DNA of 64,000 bases from Octopus sinensis (taxonomy: Eukaryota). Position numbers and translations under genes: made by a program. Below, piece by piece: positions 49,019 to 59,240 of this stretch. Each line of letters begins with the position of its first letter. Within the stretch, counting starts at the first letter, position 1. Below the pieces are notes generated by a model. The model was not told the DNA's origin. It made no database searches and saw only the letters and a list, made by a program, of their open reading frames with translations. The stretch covers positions 55,924,001 through 55,988,000 of the forward strand of contig NC_043005.1 in assembly GCF_006345805.1 (NCBI RefSeq), in the 5' to 3' direction.

Positions 49019-50311
49019 TACTTTGAGTAACATACCCACTCTATTGACAAATATATGAGACATATTGTTTACATCATAAGAAACTTCAAGGTACCTGAAA
49101 TAATTCATTTTTAACAGTTGAATTCAAAGATTAAGCTATAAATAATAGCATGTAAATATTGGGCTAAAAGATCTTTTGGATAGAAAAGTTTAAAACTTGT
49201 GTGTGTTTGTGCATGCATGTATGGAGTATAGTCATATGTATTTCTGTATATACGACATTCATTAGTTCTTCCTTCATTTCTCGATGCTAGCATGAGTTAC
49301 ATGGAAGCCTTTTGAAGTTACATTTTACGGCTGGGTACCCTACCTGTCACCAACCTTTACTAGCTTCTCAAGTAAAGGATTTTTATTTCACTGGTTTTTG
49401 GAAGAGTGATGGAACATATTGTCAACAGGGTTTATACTAATGCATCTATAGATTAGGGTTGTTCTTATCTTTTTTTCTCTCCTAGAGATATGACTAGGAA
49501 ATTTGCTTTTATCAGTTTCTGTTTGCCTTACTGAACTCACTGCCAAGAGTAAGTCCTGCCTACAATAGATGTATAACATTTGCATATCAGCCCATTTCTA
49601 TTAGGTTGCTAATGGATTTATATTCTTCTTGTCCTTACTGCAAATCATACTGGGGCTACTGTCATTACTATTGCGGTTGATGTTGTTCATATTACTGTTG
49701 CCGTTGTTATCATAACAGTTATTGTTATTATCATTGTAGTTGATATTTTCTGAAGAATTTATGAGTTGATTTGAAGCAAGTGACACCAATATTTTTTCTT
49801 CCTTTCTGATGTCATCTGTGGTTGCCATAGATACAACACTGCTGTTTCTAATAAAGCCAACACTTGACACATTCATCTGTCTGCCTCTCTCTATATATAT
49901 ATATATCAATTGAACACTCTTTCACTTTTTGAATGCTACTTTCATTTTCAATGAATATTATTATTTCTTCACACTGATCCATGTTTCTAAGTTTGTTAGT
50001 GGTTTCTTTTTGGGTATTTTTTTTTGTGTGTTTCTTTTTTGTCACACCAGAAAACTGGCAATTGTACAAATACAAACTTATCAGAGTGATACCCATAACT
50101 AAAAGAATTCAGCAAAATGGGAAAATTCACCAAAATGAAGTAGGTTCATTCCTATGTATAAAGTGACAATGTATGTTAACAAAAGAGCACCCCAATCTGG
50201 GTGAAAACCATGAAAAATTTGGAAATTCTGCAGGCCCAAGATCAAGCATAATTTTTCCATCAATGTCAGTGAAAATGTAAACAACAACAATAATAATTCT
50301 TTCTACTATAG

Positions 50312-51005
50312 GAGGCATGTGGCTTAGTGGTTAGGGTGTCAGCAGCATGATCGTAAGATTGTGGTTTCAATTCCTGTACTGGGCGACGCATTGTGCTCTT
50401 GAGCAAAAGACTTCATTTCACATTGCTCCAATCCACTCAGGTGGCAAAAATGAGTAACGCTGCAATGGACTGGCGTCCCGTCCAACTGCGGAACACATAC
50501 GCTATTGAAACCAGGAAACCGGGCCCATGAGCCTGGCTAGGTTTTAAAAGGGCGCATTTATTTACTTTATTGGTTCAAGGCCTATAATTTCCTGGGTGAG
50601 GTTGTCAATTATAATGATCCTAGTACTGAACTGGTACTTATTTTATCAACCTTGAACGGATGAAAGGCAAGGTTGACCTAGGTGGAATTTGAACTCAGAA
50701 CATAAAGACAAATAAAATGCCACTAAGCAGTTTTCCCAGCATGCTAATGATTCTGCCAACTTGCCACTTTAATAATTGTAACAACAATAATCCTTTTTAC
50801 TAAAGGCACAAGGCCTGAAATTTGTGGGGAGGGTACTTGTTGATTACATCAACCCCAGTGTTTCACTGGTACTTAATTTATTGACCCCCAAAAGGTTGAA
50901 AGGCAAAGTCAACCTCAGCAGAATTTGAACTCAGAACATGAAGACAGGTGAAAGACTGCTAAGCATTTCGTCCCACGTGCTAATGATTTTGCCTGCTTGC
51001 TGCCA
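50312..51005. mobile_element. SINE cluster: CORE family D (+, 50312-50560) and two family A copies (-, 50575-50770 and 50800-51005)
   Basis: A-box tggcttagtggttagg, B-box-like ggtttcaattcc, CORE motif; family A cores. Confidence 0.82.
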
Positions 51006-51116
51006 TAATAATAATAATGATGATGATGATGATGATGATGATAGTAGCAACAACAAATACAAAAATAATTGCAATGACATCATCTACTGCAACAACAAAC
51101 AATATATATATATATA

Positions 51117-51350
51117 GCCAACCACTCCGTGAGTGTAGTGGGTGCTTTTTACGTGTGCAGGTGGCACGTAAAAAGCACCCACTACACTCACGCAGTGGTT
51201 GGCGTTAGGAAGGGCATCCAGCCGTAGAAACACTGCCAGATCTGACTGGGCCTGACGAAGCCTTCCAGCTTCACAGACCCCAGTTGAACCATCCAACCCA
51301 TGCTAGCATGGAAAGCGGACGCTAAATGATGATGATGATGATGATGATAG
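51117..51350 (+). mobile_element. SINE family C with a 39-bp foldback at its 5' end
   Basis: 51117-51155 is the reverse complement of 51165-51203 with 1 mismatch. Confidence 0.88.
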
Positions 51351-51779
51351 CATACAAACACAATCCTACACTTCCAAAATAAAATGGATAAATGCAGCAT
51401 ATAATTCAGTAGCAGAGAAGTTCATTTGAAAGTGCAGCGAAAATTCACACATAACTCTTGGGTGTAAATACATAATAATCTAAAAAGCAATCTGTTTGTG
51501 AGAGGGCATTGTATGGTTTCTCAAACATTTCTATATTAGAGAATTCATTTAGTAAATAGAATACTAATCTAGTAAATAGAACGCTAATCTAGAGGGAATT
51601 ATCAGGAACTTTATAATAATACAAAAAGAAAAGGAAACAAACAAAAGAACAAGCAAACATACACCATTATTTCACTCATAAAAACATCTTATTGGATTAA
51701 AACGGTAGCTTCAGACTTATGACTGAAGATTTCTTTATTTGAAGTTGTTATAAGAAGTTAATTTTAAATGATGCCAACC

Positions 51780-51834
<55 letters not shown>

Positions 51835-51835
51835 G

Positions 51836-52190
51836 CTTCAAATTCTGTCACAAGGGCAGCAATTTCAGGGGAGGGGATGAGTCGATTACATTGACCTCCA
51901 ATGTTCAACTGGTACTTATTTTATCGACCCTGAAAAGATGAAAGCAAAGTCGACCTTGGCGGAATTCGAACTCAGATTGTAAAGACAGACGAAATGCTGC
52001 TAAGAATTTTGCCCAGCATGCTAAGAATTCTGCCAGTTATGATGATGATGATGATGATGATGATGAGGAGGAGGAGGAGGAGGAGGAGGAGGAGGAGAAG
52101 GAGGAGGAGCAGGTGGAGGAGGAGGAGGAGCAGAAGAAGAAGAAGAAGAAGAAGAAGAAGAAGAAGAAGAAGAAGAAGAAGAAGAAGAAA
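51836..52190 (-). mobile_element. SINE family A followed by a (GAT)n(GAG)n(GAA)n microsatellite
   Basis: Family core 51836-52037; triplet tract 52038-52190. Confidence 0.85.
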
Positions 52191-52657
52191 CTCTAGGCTA
52201 TGCTATAATTCATAATTAGAATTTTGACACAGTAGGAATAATTTCTTGTATATATGAAGAAATTGGTTTCTGCTTTTGTCTATTGAGGGAAAATATTGAA
52301 AATTTGAGTTTATTTTTTGCAGTTGTTCCAATTTTTGTTGTTGTTGCTGTTGTGATTACTGCTTTGGATGATAGGTAGCTGGATATTCTATAGAACTGAT
52401 TATAATTGGTGAGTCATTCTGAATGGCTGGACTGGTTGTCCTCAAGTGTTTAGTTGTATTGCATTTGTTTCTCTCGACAGGTGGTACTACTTTTCCATTC
52501 ACTCATTTATTCATTTCTCTCTATATGCAAGCTTACTTACATGCACACACACACACATATTCATACATACATACATACATACATACATATTCACCTATAC
52601 AAACATAAACACATATGTATTTATATATATATAAATAAAAATGTGTCTGTGCACGTA

Positions 52658-52767
<110 letters not shown>

Positions 52768-52891
52768 TAGATATAGATATAGATATATAGTTAACCCAAA
52801 CATGAAAACACAAAGAGAAAACACAACAATGTGAGGACGTGGAACAAGTATAGTGTTATTGGACATTCAAGAAAGGAAAGAAAGAAGGAAT

Positions 52892-52926
52892 ATTTAATGT
52901 TTCGAGTGGAGCTCCTCATCAGAAAC
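52892..52926 (-). ncRNA. Minimal type-I hammerhead ribozyme motif in a Penelope-like terminal repeat (52790-52985)
   Basis: Reverse complement gttt CUGAUGA G GAG-cucca-CUC GAAA CA UU aaau: intact core, 3-bp stem II, 4-bp stem I; stem III ACAU vs expected palindromic ACGU. Confidence 0.65.
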
Positions 52927-52999
52927 ATAGGAAAAGGAAGATTTAAGGAAGGGAAGACAGAGGAAAAAAATCGCCAACATATATATATATAATATCATC

Positions 53000-53210
53000 G
53001 TCATCGTCATCCTCTTTTAACATCTCCTTTCCATGCTGGCATGGGTTGGACAGTTTGATAGGAGCCGGTCTGGTAGAAGACTACACCAGGCTACTGTGTC
53101 TGTTTTGGCATGGCTCTTATAACTGGATGCCCTTCCTAACACCAACCACCCTGCAGAGTGGACAGAGCACTTTTTACATGGCACCAGCACTGACAGGGTG
53201 ACCAAGTAAC
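53000..53210 (-). mobile_element. SINE family C
   Basis: ttttaacatctcctttccatgctggcatgggttggac...ggatgcccttcctaacacc. Confidence 0.82.
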
Positions 53211-53243
53211 TTATAAGACAAAGAATATATATTTATATATATG

Positions 53244-53275
<32 letters not shown>

Positions 53276-53519
53276 TAGATAGATAGATAGACAGATTGAT
53301 AGATACATACATACATACATACATATACTAATTTGAGCCATGTACTCCCTATAAAAATAGGACAAGCTTCAAACACTTGTCAGAAGCAAGGCATTTGTAG
53401 TGTCACCCACGTTTTCTATCTCAACTTTTGAAAATCAGTGTAAACTGTGAAACTGGTTAAAATACAAAAGTTTAACTAGTCTTAGTGTATTTCTATCTTC
53501 TAATTTATATATATATATA

Positions 53520-55530
53520 CTAGCATTATGACCCGTCGTTGCCGGGTCATAGTACTAGTGCATGTATATATGTGTATATATATGTGTACATATTAGATGT
53601 ACATCTATATATATACATCTACACATAAAATACAAAATACAAAGTTATATCTTGATATTGCTAGTGATAACAATACTCAAAATATATAACAGACTGGAAT
53701 TGTAGGCCCATCTCTTGCAATTTCGATCAATTGTATCTTTTCCTCCCTCTTGTATAGAAGTGTGGCTACAATCCAGCCTACCTCTACTTCTGAGGGGACA
53801 TTTTAAATTTTTATCCGGGATGTCCTACGTCCCAGATATAAAGGTGAAAATAAAATATTTACACTTTACAAGGTTCAAGTCGAGTACTCCCTTGCACGCT
53901 CTGTCAACTTAAACCTTGCTTCTATTATGGCAAATTTACCGCGACTATCTTTCATAGTCACACCAAGACACTTTTCGATGGTGCTTTCCTCCAGGTGTTC
54001 AAATCTTTTTTTTTCTCTACATTGTATACTTTATAGACAATAGTCTTTTCTTTAATTTAATTTTTTATTTCGTTTGGTGGTGTTATCCTAGATTCACTGT
54101 CTTTGTCTGTAATCAATCCGAAATAGGTTTGTATTTCTTCCATTTTAATTTTAATGAGTTCGCGCCCGCCAACGGCTGCAGCAAAATTCATTTTTGGACT
54201 TTCTTCTATCGAAGGCATTCTAACAAAAATGCTTCTGTGTAAACGGTGAAAATATTGTCAATTTCCCCAAACAGGGATACAATTCAATTTTTAAACAATA
54301 ACCAAAGCTCCTACTCCCAAAGGGAGAGGGTTACAGTTTACAATTATTTAACAAATGCAACACAACAACGTTTCACTTACGAGGAACCAACAAACGAGAT
54401 AACAATAGTTAAACAGTAATAATAATAACAACAGTACGCAGTTGAAGATATAGTCCTTTATGTATAATAGTGCATCTGGACTATTCCATTTCTGCACGCT
54501 AATTTTATTTTCAATTTATTCCCATTCATGTGAAACCACTTATTCAAGTTCAAGTCATTGATGCAATTTTATACCAATTGCTATTTTTACTTTTGTAATG
54601 TTACGATTATATTATACTTTAGTTTGATTTTAATTATTACTTACTACATATAATTCAATTGTTATTATTATTTTTATTGTTAAAGTGAAAGTATCTGACA
54701 TAAAATAGAGAAATATTTTTGTTTCACTTTTAACACGTAATACTGAAATAGGGGAGAAGATATGATATTGCAATGGGCTCGCTCTAGGCAAGAAGTTGAA
54801 CATTTTTTTGCCCATGAAACTACATGGACCCTAAGTAAGGCATGTGTAAAATTTGAATGAAATTGGTTGGAAGGAAAATTTAATTATTACTTACTACATA
54901 TAATTCAATTGTTATTATTATAATTTGAACTTGAATAAGTGATTTCACATGAATGGGAATAAATTAAAAATAAAATTAGCATGCAGAAATGGAATAGTCC
55001 AGATGGATAATAAAAAATTAAATTAAAGAAAAGACTATTGTCTATAAAGTATACAATGTAGAGAAAAAAGATTTGAACACATGGAGGAAAGCACCTTCGA
55101 AAAGTGTCTTGGTGCGACTATAAAAGATATCTAATCAGAGGCGGTAAATTCGCCACAATAGAAGCAAGGTTCGAGTCAACGGAGCATGCAAGGGAGTACT
55201 CGACTCGAACTTGCAAAGTGGAAATATTTTATTTTTACCTTTATATCCTCTTTATACCTGGGACGTAGGACGTCCCACAAAAAAATTTTAAATGCCTCCT
55301 CAGAAGTAGAGGTAGGCTGGATTGTAGCCACACTTCTATACAAGAGGGAGGACAAGATACAATTGATCAAAATTACAAAAGACGGGCTAACAATTCCAGT
55401 CTGTTATATATTTTGAGTATTGTTATCACTAGCGATATCAAGATATAACTTTGTACTTTGTATTTTATGTGTAGATGTCTATATATAGATGTACATGTAA
55501 TATGTACACATATATATACACATATATACA
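53520..55530. mobile_element. About 2-kb foldback of two inverted Helitron-like copies
   Basis: 53561-54069 is inverted at 55009-55530 and 54473-54553 at 54925-55005; the left end has hairpin tatgacccg-tcgttgc-cgggtcata next to CTAG|T (minus strand). Confidence 0.8.
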
Positions 55531-55539
55531 TATACATAT

Positions 55540-55700
55540 ATACAACAGGCTTCTTTCAGTTTCCGTCTACCAAATCCACTCACATGGCTTTGGTCGGGCG
55601 AGGCTATAGTAGAAGACACTTGCCCAAGGTGCCATGCAGTGGAACTGAACCCAGAACCATGTGGCTGGTAAGCAAGTTACTTACCACACAGCCACTCCTA
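55540..55700 (-). mobile_element. SINE family B (another copy at 56860-56980; family C at 56980-57190)
   Basis: caggcttctttcagtttccgtctaccaaatccactcac...gaagacacttgcccaaggtgcc...gaaccatgtgg. Confidence 0.88.
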
Positions 55701-55745
55701 CACCGATAGAGTGTGCATATATATATATATATATGTATGTATGTA

Positions 55746-55790
<45 letters not shown>

Positions 55791-56459
55791 TTATTCATAT
55801 TTATACATATATGTGTGTGTGTGTCTATATATATATATATATCAGCCTAAACTTCAAGAATTGCTATGGTACATGAAAAGCATGATATAGATCAGTATTG
55901 GAATAAATTGAAAAAAACAAATTGCTTCTGAGACAGCTAAAAATAGATTAGGAAGAAAAATGCCAAAATACGTTGACCGGTGGATATAGACAGAGACATT
56001 GGATGTTGCAGATAAGTGATGAGAACAGAAAGTTAAGAAGAGATAACAAATAAGATGCTAAAAAGTAGCATAAAAACAGTGGACAGAGAAGAAATAAAGA
56101 AATATAGCTGAGAAGATAAAGAAAAGTGGCTTGAAGGCTAGGCATAAACCAGAGCAAGTGAGACTGCAATAATTGATTCAAGAAGTATATAGGGAGTATT
56201 CAAGCAGTTGTCATAATGTGGATGTAGCAGTAGAAGTGTATTTGTAAAGTGTGAAAATGATAAATGTCTAGAGCAGTGATGGCAAGCTGTGATCTGCAGA
56301 ACTCTCTGAATTGAATGCCTAATGAAAAATTACCTGAATTTTTTTTTTTAGTGGTGAAACCTCCCTGTTGATGAGCCATGTCTCATGTGGCCTACTTCTG
56401 GCATTGAATTAAGACCCGTACAGGCCCTAAGCATTTAAAAGATTTTGGTGCCCCAGTGT

Positions 56460-56830
56460 ATATGTGGTCTGATCAATAAGTATCTGGACTGTTGCTATAG
56501 TAACAAGGCTAAAGCACAAACAGTGAAGCTGCTTGTCACAGATTAACCTTGAACTCTGCTGTGCATGTGCACAAGGTTTTAACATTTTAGCTCACTTCTG
56601 TTGTTTACAGCAGTGCTTGGAAGGAAGGTGTGTAGTGTGTGATAGTCACATTGATCATGACGGGGTAAGTTGAGCAGAGAATCTGTATCAAATATTTGCC
56701 AAAAGCTTGGTGATACCTGCTTAGAAGCCTACACAAAGTTTTCAAAAACTTTTCATCATTGTCAATACAATCAAAGTCTTGTGCAACTGAAACCTGAGTG
56801 TCTTTTTGGTCAGCTGAAAGTAGTTTTGGC
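56460..56830. mobile_element. Rearranged mariner fragment (+ N-terminus joined to an inverted internal segment)
   Basis: + strand VEQRICIK..QKLGDTC; - strand PKLLSADQKDTQVSVAQD...DNDEKFLK; junction at about 56735-56752. Confidence 0.8.
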
Positions 56831-57413
56831 ACAAACTTGTATGTAATTCATATACATATATACAACAGGCTTCTTTCAGTTTCCGCCTACCAAATCCACT
56901 CACATGGCTTTGGTTGGGCCGAGGCTATAGTAGAAGACACTTGCCCAAAATGCCATGCAGTGGAACTGAACCCAGAACCATCATCATCATCATCATCATC
57001 ACCACCATCATCATCATTTAACATCCATTTCTATACTGGGATGAATGGCTTTGCAGGAACTGGAAAGGCCAGGGGCTGCACCAGGTTCTGTAGTCAGTTT
57101 TGGCTTGGTTTCTATGGCTGGATGCCTTTCCTAACACCATCTACTTTATAGAGTGTACTGGGTGCTTTTTATGAGGCACCATCACCAGTGCAAACCATAA
57201 AATAAATTCCTATTTCTCAAAATGAAACAAAGCTAACAGTAAGAGGGAAAATAATGTTATTTTTGTATACTTCCACATTATTTATATTTGAAAAGTTTTC
57301 TCCTGCTTTTTTTAATTGCAAAGCCTTTGATCAGTTCTTCGCTATGACACCTTGGACATTTCAAAATTATATTTCCGATCATATAAACCACTTCAAATAT
57401 CAATTTAGGAAGT

Positions 57414-57643
57414 TTAACTCTTTCGTTACTGTATTTATTTTGAGATGCTCTGTCTTTCTTTCAATTAATTTTATATATAACAAAGAAGTTAGTAAAATAA
57501 CTTAGTTATCATTAAGCTAGTGTTAGGAACATAAATTGTGACTAAGGTTTGGTGGAAGATTTTAATTCAAAACTTATGAAAGCAAGACATTTGTACTACA
57601 GAGCCAGAAGTGGTTTTAGTCAGGATGATATCAAAAGGGTTAA
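57414..57643. mobile_element. piggyBac-type MITE
   Basis: TTAA|ctctttcg ... tcaaaaggg|TTAA. Confidence 0.7.
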
Positions 57644-58269
57644 TGTGATTTCTTTAGTCATAAGCTATTTGCCATTTCTGTAGCACCCCACTTCCCTTAA
57701 TGTCCTAAACACATTTGTTGTACTTAATGGTTAATCCAGTACTGCCCACTTCGTAAAAAGATTGCCTATGTTTGTTCTAAATGCAGAATAGGCCAAAAAC
57801 AGCTGGATGGAACATTTCAAAGAAGTTCTAAATTAACCTGGACCTGATGAGCTTTTCCATGTAGGTGTTTTTGTTTTTAAATAAATTAACTATAGATGCT
57901 GATGAAATCACATTGTAGAAAGATCCCATGAAATTGTGAGAAAATATCAAAACTGCAAGGATAGATGGAATACCTGATAAGTTTGTTAAATCTAGTGGAG
58001 AAGTCATAGAGGCAGCATTTTTTAACCTGTGTACAATGATTTGGTGTGATGAGAAAATATCAAAAGATTGGGAAAACAGTGGTCATTGTGAAATTGCCAA
58101 AGAAAGTTGAAATTAATGATGGTCAAACTGTTAAAGATTGCTTTTAATGGTATTCTCACCTATCTCAGAGAGCCTGCAAAGATCAAGGGATCAAAATATC
58201 CCACTCCACCACATTAGACTAATAAATAATAAAAATAAAAACTGACATAATTTTTAAAAACTAATTGCA

Positions 58270-59240
58270 GGTGCAGGAATGTTGATGTGTAAGTAAGAAG
58301 TTTACTTCCCAATAACATGGTATTGGGTTCAGTCCCACCTTGAGCAAATGCCTTCTATGACAGTCTCAGGTAGACCAAAATCTTGTGTGTAGACAGAAAC
58401 TGAAAGAAGCTTGTCATATAAATAAATGTATGTATGTATGTATGTATGTATGTATGTTTGTAGGTTGTTTATTGGACACCCTGCGGGATGAAAAACAAAA
58501 CCCGTCAAAGGGTGGAGAAACTTTTGAGAGTCAACAGCCATCCAATAAATGTCTTAAGGATGTATCATGCGCGGGGACATAGAAATAATCGGACTGAATA
58601 CCCGATCGTGCGGTTAAACCATTAGGAGTAAAGGACTCCTAGCCTTTGTTAGGGCATCCTTCTAGGAGAAGGTAACTCAGGTAACTGGGATAACTCCGAC
58701 ATAAAACCTGCGGCTCAGTGGTCACCGATGATGTTGACTTGTTCTTCTTTTCGGATTAAAGCTGCTGTTGCTTAGTGAGTGGGATTGACTCAGTGCACAG
58801 CCTTTCCTCACTTTAAAAAAAATCTTACACAGGCATTGCACGATAACAACATTGATTAAGCTTCGTGCAATGGCCATACTCGATAATGAGGGGGCAGCCA
58901 CCATGTATGTATGTATGTATGTATATATGCTTGTGTGTGTAGATGTGAGTGTGTGTGTGAGAGAGAGAGAAAGAGAGAGAGTGCACATGCTTGTGTCTCC
59001 TTGTCTTCACGCTGGGTGACAGTTGTAACTGAGTGTCACTGTCATACAAGCAGCGTCATTCATTTCCTATATGCTGCATAAACACAATGAGTCATGGAGA
59101 AATATCACCTTGCTTAGAAGCAGGTGAGGACTGGCAACAGCAAGAGTTGACCATGAAAAAATCTTCCTCACTTAAATCTGTCCAACCCATGCAAGCATAG
59201 AAAAGTGGATGCTAAAACAATGGCAATGATGATTATAATG
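58270..59240 (+). mobile_element. SINE family B (head 58270-58420, tail about 58985-59220) interrupted by an insertion at 58457-58902
   Basis: Head and tail motifs flank the insertion. Confidence 0.7.
58457..58902 (+). mobile_element. Structured RTE-5'UTR-like non-coding retroposon flanked by (TATG)n
   Basis: Contains gttagggcatccttctaggagaaggtaactc, a motif I recall from RTE/Expander 5' UTRs, and a run of stems; GC- and CpG-rich relative to its flanks. Confidence 0.55.

Noticed and set aside
51994-52215. Poly-Arg protamine-like ORF
   Set aside because: Derived from a SINE end plus a (GAT)(GAG)(GAA) microsatellite.
58463-58560. HDV-like ribozyme interpretation of the 58.5-kb leader
   Set aside because: A 7-bp P1-like helix exists, but there is no L3 CC / J1.1 GG pairing or P4-C75 arrangement.
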